Shown here piece after piece: positions 12,592-25,484 of a stretch of DNA of 64,000 nt. Each line of letters opens with the position of its first letter. Within the stretch, counting starts at the first letter, position 1. The position numbers were made by a program, and so were the translations under genes. Source of the DNA: Lama guanicoe (taxonomy: Eukaryota); the NCBI GenBank assembly GCA_013239625.1, contig MU055178.1, positions 9,237,312 to 9,301,311 of the forward strand. Direction: 5' to 3'. The notes below the pieces were generated by a model. It made no database searches and had not been told where the DNA came from. It saw only the letters and a list, made by a program, of their open reading frames with translations.

Positions 12592-14599
12592 TCCTTTTGA
12601 GGTTCGGCTTTCAATGGAGTACTAACATTTGTTTCTTGGAATTCTGATTAGAATGAGGACAGGGAAGAGCAGGGTTCAGGAAGGGAACTGGAAGGGAGGA
12701 CACCTAACCAGGCTCTGCAGTCACTCAAAGCCCAGGAGCCACCTGATGGATGCTACAGGGGCTACCTAGTGGCCCCTTTTCTTTTTTCGGTGATCTCGGT
12801 GTTTCAAGGCTACTTTCTCTTGCTTTCAAGCTGCCCATGCATTGCTAAAGGACCACAAACCCTGGCTTCCTTTTCACTGATTCCACTTTCTCTGTCCACT
12901 TGATAAATATGTTCCCCTGTGGTTCTGCACACATCTCACTCTATGCCTGCCCCACAGACAATCATTCAAGTTTTAATTACCACCCCTGTATTCATGGTGT
13001 AGTTGTGAATAGTGTGTTCTGTCTGCAGTCAGCCTGCCTTGGCTAGAATCCTGACTGCTTCCTACTAGGGGCATGACCTTGGGCAAACTGCGGAAGTTAA
13101 GCTTCCTCTTGTAGAGTGGAGATAAAGTAAATGTCACCTAGCTCATAGGACTGTGAAGATGGAGAAAATTCTGGTAAAGTAATACTTAGCACTTAATAGT
13201 CAAATTATTAACTATGATTTTGTTATCTTGAACAACCATTCTGCTTTCCCAGGAGCTCCAGTCTCATATTACTTGCTGTCTACCATATCTTTCTAAATCA
13301 GGCTAACTTATCCAGAACTAAACTTATCTTTTCCTTATCCCATGTCTGCTCTTTTAATTTCTCTTGTTTGGTGCTGTCCACCCACTCACCCAAGTCAGAG
13401 ACCTGCCTCCATTTAAGCACCTCCTTCCCTCAGCCCCTACCTACTAAACAGACCTTCCCCCTCCACCCTCATCACTAGACTGTTATGTCAGACTTGTATT
13501 ATTTTTTGTCTGGAGTAAGGGACTAGGAATCAGTGTTGGTACTCCAAGGTTGCAAAGGTTGGAGTGGTGAGGAGGCAGTCCCTTAATACATTTTTCCCGT
13601 TCTGGTTTAATAGAAGTTAAAGGTCTCGCCATACTTAGAGTGAACAATGCTATGGACACCAGGGCGATATATTCAAAAATGAAAAAGGCACTTTATCAGA
13701 CACTTTGTCATCATAATGTTCCTCAAAATGCCTTTATTAGGAGATAAGGCTAGAAAATACATACAAACCTTAAATGACCCAGACTGGTTTCTTACAGTTT
13801 GAAATAGAGAGTGGTGGTTGTGCCCTCTAATGAGCAAGGAATACTGCAATGAGGCATCATTCTGTAAAATACCATTCCTCTTTTTCTGTGGACACGCGTT
13901 CTGCGCTGGCATCTACAGGATGCTGGCCTCATATTCTTAGCCACCAGAATTTGGCTAGCTACTGGTACTCTCCCGGTTCAGAACCTTTCCTCTCTGGTGT
14001 TTCCTTGAAGTCTGGGCAGAGCAGCAGTAAGTGGATATGACTTGTCTCTAATAACTGGGGCTGTGCCTTCCACTGTGTGTATCAAGGCCAAGGACACAGC
14101 CTTTGTATCTACCCTGCCTCCCTCTTTTAACTTGTAATCTTCTAATTTTGTTTCTGTTTTGACTCAGATAATTAAAACTTTTTTTCCCAAGGTCTAGATT
14201 TTCTCTTAGTTAACTAAGCAGACTAGATAAATCCTGATTATACTGTTAACCCATTCTTTGGACCAAGGTTGGTGGGTTGCAGTCCTGTTCCAGAGCCCAC
14301 ATCAGACGTTGTAAATGGACTCACCCCAAACTAAAAGCCCGTAGAAATTCTCCAGTCCCTTCATAAACCTTCCTCCCACCCCGACTCCCATTGTAGGAGC
14401 TCCCTCACCAGATCATTCAAATTAGAATATTGTTTTGGGAAAGGGGGCAGGATTGGCCACGGTGGCACCTTTTAAATACATGGCATCAGGCTTTGTCAAA
14501 AATTATTGTTTAATCACAAACAACTTCATTCTACTTTAGGTCCCTCTTCTAGTATCACCCTAGCTCTTCATGACTTTCACAAACTTCTTTAAAGAGTAG

Positions 14600-15480
14600 G
14601 TTATCTCTACTTCCTCTCGTCCCACCACTCCACTGTACCAGTTCTTATCAAGGTTATCAGAAACTTCCTTGTCACCTCGTTTTCATTTCTATCAAATCTG
14701 GCCTCTGTAGCATCTGCTGCTGCTTCTGTATATTTCTACCTTAGCTTCTGTGACACTACATGCTACATACATTTCTGAATTGTCTAACCTCTCTGCTGCT
14801 CAGTTTCCCTTGTGAGCCATTCTCCACCTGTCCCCTAGACATCAGGTTTCCCCAGAGTTCTGTCCCAGCCTCCCATCTCTCTCTCCCTTGTGACTTTACT
14901 ACACTGGCACATAGTTCAAATCGCTGTGTATGCTGATGACACAAATTTCAGTATACAGATCTGTGCTCCACATGCACACAATCTATGCTGAACATGTTAC
15001 TGGTTATGTCGCAAGCCCCTCAGACTTAAGTGTCCAAAGTTAAACCATCCAAGCCATCTTCAGGTTTTCTCTCCTCATGTTGTCCAACTTAGTGAAGGGC
15101 GTACATCATCCTCCTAGTGCCCAAGCCAACATCCCAGGCCTCCATGACTCCCTGTCTCCCTACTATTCACTTATCTCCAGTCTAACAAGTCTGCTCCCTC
15201 AGTATTGCTCCCATCTGTATTTTCTCTCCATCCCGGTTGCTAGTCTTACTCTTTTTCTCAGCTGGATTATTGCAGCATCTCTTTAGAGGACCTCCCTGCT
15301 TATAGGCCTATCCTTCATCAATCCATTATCTGTCTACCCTGCAGCCAGAGCTATGGTCCTGAAATGGAGATCTGACCCCATTACTCCCCTGCTTAATATT
15401 TTTCATAAAGCTCCTCATAGCCTCAAGAGAAAAGCCAGTATTCTTACCATGTCCTACAAAGTCCCTGCCCGTCTCTCCAA
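14600..15480 (+). mobile_element. L2 LINE remnant
   Basis: ctgcagccagagctatggtcctgaaatggagatctgaccccattactcccctgctt is typical of the L2 3' region. Confidence 0.7.
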
Positions 15481-15514
15481 TTCCATATTTATCACCTTGT
15501 TTATTCATAAATGT

Positions 15515-15560
15515 ATCCATCAATCAGTTCATCCATCCATCCATCCATCCTCCCATCTAT
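15515..15560 (+). repeat. Imperfect (CCAT)n microsatellite
   Basis: atccatcaatcagttcatccatccatccatccatcctcccatctat. Confidence 0.75.
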
Positions 15561-17336
15561 CAACAGGTATTTATTGAGTGTCTGTTGTGTTCCAGGCTGT
15601 TTACTAAGGGCTGGGCTTATAGCGATGAGCAAACAGACACGGCCCCTGTCCTTATAAAACATTTGGTCCAGTGAGGTAGGCCGAATACAGAAAACAATCA
15701 TGCAAATAAGTTATAAAGTATGGTTAAAGTGTGGTTAGAATGGGTCCTTTTTTTTTTTTAAATATATATATAAGTAGGGAGTTCCCGAAGAACATGTCAT
15801 TATTGGGTTTTTCACCCACCTTTTCAGGAGCTCAGCTATTGTAGGAAAGTAGACTTGTAACTCATGCAGACAAAAAAGCATCTAAGTGTCCATGTTACCA
15901 CTGTGGGTGATTAGTCTGCGTTAATTGTTAACATTTTGAGGACCCCAAAATGTTATTTTTTGTGCTTTTATGAGGGGCAGCATCCCACCCAAAAAAGTGG
16001 GACATTGTTTATTAATCTGGTTATTAGGCAACTTTCCTTACCAGCAGCAAGTTGGTCAATTAACTTCCTATCCTCAGAGAACAATGCAGGAAAAGGAATG
16101 GTGGTTACTGGGGGAAAGTGTAGGAGACTTAGAGGTCCTCACCAGCAATGCCAGTTCTGCAAAGCCTGTGATGGGTTGGGGGGTGGCTGGCCCAGCCGCA
16201 GGAAGGCTCCCAGACTTAGGGCATCCTCAGTTTCCTTATTAGTAACATTTCTGGGAGGAAAAAATAGATTCCACATTCTTTGGCAATGAAACTAATGTTT
16301 AACCAATAGTCCTCTGGTTAGGAGTTTCATATTACATAAATCCTGGCCGAAGATCTCTGCCCCTCCCCTCCCCTCCTCTATCAAGGGAGAGGAGGTGTGT
16401 TTCCCGTTAAGGTCCTGTTTATCTTGCGCTGTTACACGCATTGTGGGCTGCAGGATTGTTAGTCACCAGGACCTGCACTCGCCTCCCTGGGAGCTTCTTT
16501 ACTGTAGGGTTGGGAGGAGAGTCAGGAGGGAAAGGGTATCTTTGTGAGTACATCTAGAAGTTCACACAACTTGGGAACACTTAAGAGGAACTGTGGAGCT
16601 GGTGCCATTCTGCAGGGTTGTTTGGGGTACAGCTGTGATGGGATTCACCCGTCCCATCAGAATGACCATGCTGGTGATTCAGTTCACCACCGTCTCATGT
16701 AACAACCCCAAGAGCTTCTGGGAGGATGAAGGGAAGAAGTTAATTAAAAAACAGAGTGCTGAGTCCAGTTGCTTAATGGATAAGGGAGAAAGATCAGGCT
16801 CCAGTTTCAGAATCCACATCCTCTCCCTTTTCAGGCATAACAGAAATATACACTGGGCTTAACTCTAGCATAAGTTATGGTTGGCAGAGATGGGCTGGGA
16901 AGTAGACAGCAGGCAGAACAGAGAAAAGCCCCTAGGAGAGAAGGCAGTTGCTTGCAGCAGTGTTGTGGGGAGCTGCCCTCCTCCAAACCCCCACCTTTTA
17001 GCACTTTCCAGTGCTACTTCTGGGGTGGTTAAATGTATGATTGTCCCAAATCCTAATTACCATGCAGCCAGGGCAGAGCTGCTGATGGTGGCTGGAGCAC
17101 TCGGTAGGTGTAAGGGATGGTAGGGAGGAGGGGTAGGAGCCTGGATGGAGAGGCTTCTGCGTTCAGGGAGGACATTTTCAGCTTTCTCTTGGGGTCATTG
17201 GCAGTTTCTGGCCTTGCTCTGACCCCCTTTTTGTTTAAATGTCAAAGATTTCGTAAGTGATCTTGTTAGGATGCTCTGAGATTTTCTCTAGAGAGCCTTC
17301 TTTCAGGCAGTAGGAAAGAGGAAGGTAAATTCTTAC

Positions 17337-17420
17337 CAGGAAGAAATGAAACACAACCATCCATCCCCAACCTCCATCCAGAGTTTTCGTGTAAGATTGG
17401 GCCTTCCCCTCCCTCTTCAT
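17337..17420 (-). CDS. SLC16A4: SLC16A4 (monocarboxylate transporter 5) exon 2, first coding exon; the exon begins at 17448
   Basis: ATG at 17420 gives MKREGKAQSYTKTLDGGWGWMVVFHFFL, containing the MCT-family DGGWGW motif. Acceptor CACAG|GG at 17448; donor CTG|GTAAGA. Confidence 0.96.
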
Positions 17421-18623
17421 GATGCTTTGTTTATAATGCAGAAGATCCCTGTGACAAATCCAAGAGAGAGGTGATTCAGTTGACGAACTGATCTGAACGT
17501 TTAAATTTTCTTTTTCTCTGTGGTATAAAACCACTTGTACTGTACTTTTGTCTTTTTCAGCCCACCTCTTTAAAAATAGACGATTTCTTCTCATTTCTAA
17601 AGTTGTTTATAGGCTCTCGATCTCAACCTCAAATATACAAGCAGGGCTTTGTACCATTTGGGGGATTTTTGTGGAGGTCTGCTGCCTGGCTTCCCCTGGC
17701 AAGTCAACATGGCTCTGACAGTTCTCTTGGAGTATGTCCTTAGTTACATATAAATGTAACTTATCCCTGTTTACTCCATAATCATGATTCAGGCAGAGCC
17801 ATGGGAAAAGTAAGTCAAAGATAATGAAAGGCTATGATTTGAGGGACATCAAAGCCACAGCAGCAATCTCTCTTCCACCACTTTGAACGGCCACTGAAAG
17901 GTGACCACTCAGTTCATTTCAGGCAGGAATTAGCTGCAAAGCCTGACCTCATTGATTGTGGGGTGGGCACTGCTCCCACGGTCCTTCCCCCAGGTCTGCA
18001 AGCCAAATCCTAGGAGAAGCTGTGTACCACCCTCTGGTCCTCCGGGTAAGCTCTTGGCTTAAGAGAAATTAAAAGGGGTTAGGGAGCCTCAGGTTTAGAG
18101 ATTTCCTTTCGCAGCTTTTGCTAAAATGAAAATATTCTAAGGGACTAAATAGACATGACAACAGAATGCCACAACTGTTCCTCGAGTGAGTCCCAGATCA
18201 GAAAAAAATGGGAAAGGACTTTGGGAGCTGGGGAAATTCGAATAAAGGCTGAATCGTAGACCAGGTTGAATCTCTTGGGTATTATTGTGGTTGTGTGCTT
18301 CTGCAGGGGAATATGCTTGTTCTTAGGAGACGTGTGCCAACAGATATTTAGGAGTGAAGTGTCACAGAATGTCTGCTACCCTTTCACAAGTGGTTTAGTA
18401 AGATATATGTATACAGAGAAATACCACAAAGAAAATGTAAGCGTTCTGACGGAGTGGGGCAACATTCTCTATTCGCCACCGGGAGGCTGGCAGGCAGGCT
18501 GTTTCTTCCTGGAAGGGAGAATCTGCCAGCGGGGCGTGTGGAAGGGCTGCCTGTCTGGGAGAGATGCTGGTCATTCCAAACATTGTAGAAGACCAACCCC
18601 AACACAGTCCCGTTTCATCCTAC

Positions 18624-18860
18624 CTTCGAAGTGGCGTTCAGCAAGGGAATCCTCCGCAGACTTGAGGCAATCTGGGAAGAAAAATAAATTATACAGCTTT
18701 CCAGAACGTTACTCTTTTTCTGAGGCATTTCATTGTGCTGCACCGTGAAAACAAGCCAGCATTGTAAGAGCCCAGGGTTAGAGCCAGTTAAGGCTCTGCT
18801 TCTGGTGGACTTTACTTCCTGAGGGGAGGAGAAAAGGCTGTGATTTGACATTGTCCTAGG
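18624..18860 (-). other. SLC16A4: SLC16A4 non-coding exon 1 (5' UTR); 5' end approximate
   Basis: The minus strand ends ...CCACTTCGAAG|GTAGGA, a donor at 18624. The sequence resembles the human SLC16A4 5' UTR as I recall it and joins to GGATCTTCTGCA at the exon 2 acceptor (17448). Confidence 0.75.
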
Positions 18861-18962
18861 CCCTCCCTCTACCCACCCTGACCCAGAAGGTAGACTTTTT
18901 TCACCATAGGCTCAAAAGCAAGCGTCAAAGTAAACCAAGTAGAAAATCCTCAGGGTAACTAT

Positions 18963-21900
18963 TGTTAAAGTAATTAAACCAAGAGGTCATCACGCTGGAG
19001 GTGGCTGTAATGCCATGGTGGCCTGTATAAAGAAACCAGAGTGGAAACAGGGTTACAAAATGGAAACTTAACAATGACCAGTTGCAAACAGCCAGCTGAG
19101 CTAAGCTATAGCCCAGTAGCTTCCTCCCTTTGCGTCTGCCTTATCTCAAAGTCTCTTCCGAGTTCCTGGTGATGGAGGGCTCCTAACATCTTCCAGTTTG
19201 ATGCTGCCCAGTTTGAATCGATTTTTGCTCAAATAAACACTTAAAATGTTTTATACGCCTCAGTTCATCTTTTAACAGTTCTGGTGTCAGAAGCGGAAAC
19301 AAAAGAAGGAAACCCTGAGCAGCCAACCTAGGTACCCGCTGAGCTCACTGGGCAAGCTGCTTTCCTGCAGCCTCCGGAGGTGAAGGTGAGTTCCTGTCCC
19401 CTCCCAGCTCCGCAGCTTTTGCACTGTGAACTGTCGGGCTTTATTTGACCATCTCTTTTTCTGGCCTGGGTCCAGAAACTGGCTGGACTCGGACCAGGTC
19501 TGACTTAAAAACCAGACTGGGTCAGGGTGAGACTAGGCCTGACTTAAATTGAATTGGTCCTGTGTGAGGCCTCAGGTGAATAAACTTTGGTTTTAAGCGT
19601 GAACCAGTAGGCGAATCTTACCAAAGATAATCTTGTAGTACAGAGGCCACAGTGGAGAACTTTTACCTTGATTAGTTTATCCATTTGTGAGGCACCCTAG
19701 AGAAAAAGGAGTCTCAGCCAAGCACTTATTATAAAGGGTAGAGGGAAAATTATGTTTCCTCCTTTACAATTTCTGGTAGTCAGGATGAGACCTGCTGGGA
19801 CACCCCACTTGCTTTAGAGTCTGCAGATGGGATCCCGGGAAAACTGGCACAAGCCCACAGAGGGTGAGAATTCTTACCCAAGTTGGTGCTCCTGGATCTC
19901 CACCTGTGGTGCCTGGTTGAGAAAGGAAGGTAAATGGAAGGTTCCTTCCATTCTAGAGTCAGATTGGCAGAAGAAAAACACTGGTAAGAATTAAATCTTT
20001 GAATCGGGGCTTGTGAATTTTCGTTTGGGTTCCCCACTGTTTATGGATCCTTTCCCTCCCAGGGACCGCTATGGCTTTCTCATTTATCTTGTTTTGTGTC
20101 GTGAGAAATTGGCTTGGCTTTCTGCCCATCAGGGCATGCAGGTTGGCAGTTCTTATGTGCATAGGCAGCCCAACTGTCAGGTTGGGGGCCCCCAAAATAT
20201 GGCTGGACTGAAATGTGGGTTGCTCCGTGTTTGTGGCTAGTGTTCTACCAACTGTCGCCCACTGTCAGGGGAGTTGTCTTAAGTCTTTGGTTATCTTTGG
20301 GAGGTGCTCTGGATCATGGGGATGCAGGGATTGTATCTTTTTCAGCTTCCTTGGGGATGCCTCTTACATCCATGTTTAAGCCTCGGTTTTGGTTTTGAGT
20401 TATTTGATAGAGATACCTTTGAAAAGTAAAAGAAAAAGAAAAGTTCAACTGCCAGGTATAGTTACTCTTTGTCCCACCTAAAACATGTGAATAAGATATT
20501 TCAAAGGATTTTTTTTGGTGAGCTTTGTGGTTAAAAGTTGGCCATTTTGGAAGCTGATATTGAGAGCCTGGTAGGAGTTTTTTTTTTTTTTTTTTTTTAG
20601 GCCTTCTCCCCTAAGCTGAAATGAAATTATGTACCCAGAGGGAAAGAAAAACACTCTAAAGCCTCTGTGGAAGGATTTGCTAAAACGTTCCAAAGACTCA
20701 CAGCTCTAAATCTGGAACATAGGAATCTGTTAATTTCCATCTTAGTTGGAAATTTCCCTGACATAAGGAAACAAGTTGAAGATAATATAGTTGGATGGGT
20801 GGGTCCATTTGACTTCTTGATGTCAAGACCTAAAATTAAAATTGGCTCTGAATGTTCCTCCCCAGAAGCAGATAGCATCTTGAGGTGGACAGCTTTCCTG
20901 AGATCCTGGATCGGGATCTTCCTCTCCTATTTGAAACCTCGATTCAAAACAACTGTACTTGTCCACAAATCAAGTCTTGACAAGAATAGAAATGCAGTTC
21001 TAGAAATAATTAACAACTGTACTTGTCCACAAATCAAGTCTTGACAAGAATAGAAATGCAGTTCTAGAAATAATTCAAAGTCCATCTAGCCTTTTTACCA
21101 ATCTCAAAACCTCCTCTATTCATCTCAGAGGGTTGCAGATATTGTAAAACATCTGGATTTAGGGAATAGAGTCCTCTTGGTGGAAATGACATCCTTTCTC
21201 TGTGCCTTTGAACTTTGAGATGTAAGTGTTCTACATCTCAAGTGTTCTAGGACCCCAGAGCCATTTCTTTGAAATGCAGACTTCAGCACGGTGATTCTTA
21301 CTAGAAGGACTAAAACAAAAGGGTATGTGGGACTATTTGGAAACTAGGTGAAAGTTATGCTAAGCTAAGTTAGATGACACATGTTCATTGACTATCTAGG
21401 TTATTTCCAAATAAGATTAAATATTGAACCAAATTTATCTATTTTTGGCTTCTTATCACAGAGGAACTAAAGATATTTGAGCTTATTGTTAAACATGTTT
21501 TGTGCCACATTGAAAAATTTACTATAAGGAAGAATATACTTCTAGAAGTTATGAAATACATTTATAAATGTGCCAGTGTCCGCAGAATACTAGTGTAACA
21601 GGCAGTCCACAGTGGCTTACTTCTTAGTTTTCACTAGAAGCTAAAGATTCTAAGGGTTGAGAATTCCAATCATATGTAATTACAACCTACTTAGAAATAC
21701 AAAGGTGAAAGAAAACAACTGTGTGTGAAAAGTAGGAAGGAAAGTAGAATGTGTTTTGTGGGTAAAGAAAGGTTTGGAAGGATTTTTAAGTCTTTTTATA
21801 ATTTTCAGAGAGTTATTGTTTTACTCTGATGCTTTCACAGAAGTGCTTTGTCTTTAGAGAGATTCATGGAAAGGACTCTGACAAGTACTCTAGAAAACAG

Positions 21901-23852
21901 GTTTCTGATAAGTTCAAGATCATAAAAGTGAACTAGGTGAGAATTTCCAGAGCTAAGGAAAAAAATGGATTCAAGCTGAACAAGAATTAATAACAAGAGA
22001 TTAAATGAAATGATGAGGATGATTATACTTTTTTACAACTTTTTATTTGAAAATTTACTAATTCCTTAATGTTTTGTTTTCCAGATTTAAGGAAAATTTT
22101 CTCTCTTTTATGACTTAAGGCAATTTGGTAAAGTATACCTTTGTAAATGAAAGTGAAATATTTACTTTTTTCCCCTGTCTGACCCCTCCAGAATTTGGAA
22201 ATTTGTGTATTCTTATTTTCATGGCAAAATAGTGATTTACATAAGCCTAGTGAGAATATGTCCTTATAACAGGACACAGTTGGAAACACTGTGTTATATT
22301 ACCAAGGCTTTGACTGGAATGTCATATTTGAGAATGTGCATAAAGTCAGTTATGACCAGTTTTAAGGAACTAAAAACTTTATGGAGGAAATAAAGCTCCT
22401 TAGAAAAACTGTCCTGATATCTTGTTTACAGGGTTCCCAGAAGCCTTACCCGGTGAGTAAGGAAGATCACTTCGTGGCAGGCCCAGGAACTTCATGCTGT
22501 CTTGGGGATCTTGAGAAGAGAGGAAGTCACCCAAGCCTATAGGTATTCCAGGTGAAGTGTGGTAACAAATCCTTGACTTGGCTTTTTAGTCTGGGGAGCC
22601 TTTAAAAATTCAATCTCAGATTCCTTATGAAAAGTTCTAACAAAGCAGATTTTAAAAGAGCCTATATATAGTTCAATGTCTGTTCTTACTGCATCTGTGT
22701 AAACAATCAGGCCAAGTTTAATGAGACTAGATTTACTTTGCAAACAAATTAGTCTTACTATGATTATCTTTGATAGAAATGAGGGTGATTGTAGAGAGAA
22801 AAACTATGTTTCAATAGAAAACTGTAATACAACCGTGTGGAATCAGATTCTAGTTCTTTCCATTGTCTTTGAGGTTTTGCTGTATGCCTGTAAACCAGAC
22901 TTTATCGTGAATTCTTCTGATTTTCTCAAACACCTGACTACTCTCCAAACCAAGATGTCCAACTGTCTCCCACCCTTCTGATCTGAAATCACTAAGAACA
23001 GAGGCTGCCCTTGAACCTCCTTAGAAGAGCCCATACCAGGTCAGCAGCCAAACTTCAGGGCCTTAAACCTTGGGTTCATTTCTCCCTGTTTAAAAGGTCT
23101 CTCGCAGACTCTTGGAACTGCACACAATTGGAGACCTAAAATTAAATTTGGCTAGGGAGGTTCCTGCCTAGAAGCAGGTAACATCTTGAGGTGGACAGCT
23201 TTCTGGAAAGCACAGATCATTATCTTCATCTCCTATTTGAAACCTTTATTCCTTTTGCCTTCACTCCTTGCTCTTTTCTCTCCATTAATGCACGGGAAGA
23301 CAGTGCTCCTTAACTCTGGCAACTATTGCTGAATCTTGCTAAGGCCAGAGCTACACAACGAAAGTCCCTCGGCTTTCTTGGTAAGATAGTTTTAGACAGA
23401 ATTACTGTAGCTTACTTGTCGGCTGAACAGGGAAGAGTCTGTGCCCACAGCAAACACCTCCTGCTGTACCTGAATTGACACCTCTGGCAGCGTAGCAAAT
23501 ACAAGAAATTAACAAGCCTCTTAGCTAAAGCAACAGGAAGCCATTAGACTGAGGTGGCCCTGGTGCTGTGTGTCCTACATAAGCAAACCAAAACCTAAGC
23601 CAGGAAATGCCTCAAGTTTGCAAAATTGAAATCTAAGGGAAACCGATCACAAACAGCCAACTAGGCTGTAAGCCGTAGCCGATCAGTCATTTCCTTGCTT
23701 TGCTTCTGTATTTTCTCTGTAAAATCCTCTTGCCGAGCTCCTGATGGTAGAGCGCTCCTAACCTCTTCTGGTTTGTCAGTGCCTGATTCAAATACATTTT
23801 TGCTGAAATAAACTCTTATCAGTTTTAATATGCCTCAGTTTTTCCTTTAACG
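18963..23852 (+). mobile_element. Degenerate, internally deleted ERV1-like provirus
   Basis: 5' LTR 18963-19277 (TGTTAAA...TTTAACA); primer-binding site TGGTGTCAGAAGCGG at 19282; integrase C-terminal remnant about 23040-23150; env TM remnant about 23370-23500; 3' LTR about 23532-23852; 4-bp TSD CTAT at 18959-18962 and 23853-23856. Confidence 0.85.
20948..21075 (+). repeat. Perfect 64-bp tandem duplication inside the ERV
   Basis: aacaactgtacttgtcc...tagaaataatt at 20948-21011 and 21012-21075. Confidence 0.95.
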
Positions 23853-25484
23853 CTATGCTCAAGGCAGGGGATGGGGCCCCAGAACCCTGATACCCACGCC
23901 TTTGCTGTTCCTGGGGACATGCTTATTTTACAGGAGAACGCATACAGCTCTCCCAGAGTTGGGAGCTACATTTCCTGGGCTACAAATGGCAATGGTCAGC
24001 CCATTTGTGTGACCTTCTGTGTAATGACTGAAGATTCTGGTTTGTATTTTGGAGTTCCAGGCCCTGTTTTAATTACTGTTTTATACTTGATTACCAAACA
24101 CTTCCCATGAAAGGTGTATTTTTATACTTTTAATGAAACCTTTTTTCTGTTGCATTTTGGAAATGGTTAAGGCTGGGTCTCCGAGAAAACTACTGGGATA
24201 ATTCAGATTTCTTATCCCATTTCCTTCCTCTGCTCCACCCTACACATCAAAAAAAAAAAAAAAAAGTCAACAGAAAATTGCCTTTCATCTCCCCAGCACC
24301 AACATTCCAGGTTTTAAACCAGAGTGTATTTTACACCAAAGAGTGTTTTTCTTGTTTTATCTGGAAAATCTGCACATATTTATGCAGATTCCTTTTTAAA
24401 AAGCGAGGGGCTTCTCAGGCTCTTAAAACCAACTCAGTACTTTTTGATTGAAGCGCCAGCAGAAGCAGAGCTTGGTGGTTTGGGAAGATGCCCTCTAAGT
24501 GTAACAGTGGAAAAGATGATGCAGTTACGTGGTGCTGGTGGTAAGGATCAAACAAACCTTCCGCAGAAGACAAAACCCAAAAGAGGAAAGGGGAATGTCT
24601 TTCAGAGTTGTTTGTAGTTACTAACATACTCTAGAAAGCGCTTTTGGTAAACATCTCAAGACTTTGGTTTTTTTTTTTGGTTTTTGGTTTTTTTCTTTGA
24701 TGAGGTCTTGCTGCTCTTTTAAAACAGAGCTATCTATGATTCTGATTGCCACATGACATGAGGCTAGCTTTATACTGCTAGAGAGCTCTGATGCTGAGGG
24801 CTGGATCAGATTTGAAAGGTGGCAGAACAAGGAGTCATTCATAGAGGCTAGGAGGGCTGCAAGGTCCCAGACACGAACCTCTTGAAACATATCTTTCATA
24901 CAGAAAGCTTTGAGGTATGATGGGAACTGCAGACTTGGTTAGAATCTCAACTTAGCCATTATTTAAGCCTGCAGACTGTGGGCAAGTTACCCTCTCTGAA
25001 TCTGTTTCCAAACCTATAAAATGTGGCTAATAATATTTGCAAGTTTGTTGTGAGGAATGACCCTATATATATATATAGTGACTGCACATTAACGGACCCA
25101 CTGTTGGTACTTGGTTTATTAAAAATGTTTCTTATTAATCAGATGGGGCTTAATATCAAGAGCAAAGAATTCTTAAACCATTATTAGGATGTTAACATTT
25201 TGGCATCAGTACCCAATCAACCTCTGACTTTCTAACTCTTGGCCCTAAAGTTATTCAGCAAGAATGCTGAATTCAAGCATGATTTCATAAATCACTACTA
25301 TTACCCTCACTCCCCTGACAAATACAGCCATGAATACTTTCTAGCACTTAGGGACTTAGAGTAAAATACAGCACTACCATCTAGAATTGAGGTTTTATTT
25401 TTAGCTACGTCTTTCCTTGTCCTCACTCTTTGTGCAGAAAAGAGTTAAGATGTTGGGAGGAGGGTTCCCACCATTCCTTAAATT

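Noticed and set aside
19300-23500. Intact or domesticated gag/pol/env (syncytin-like) gene
   Set aside because: Only short remnants with frameshifts and stops remain; there is no long retroviral ORF.
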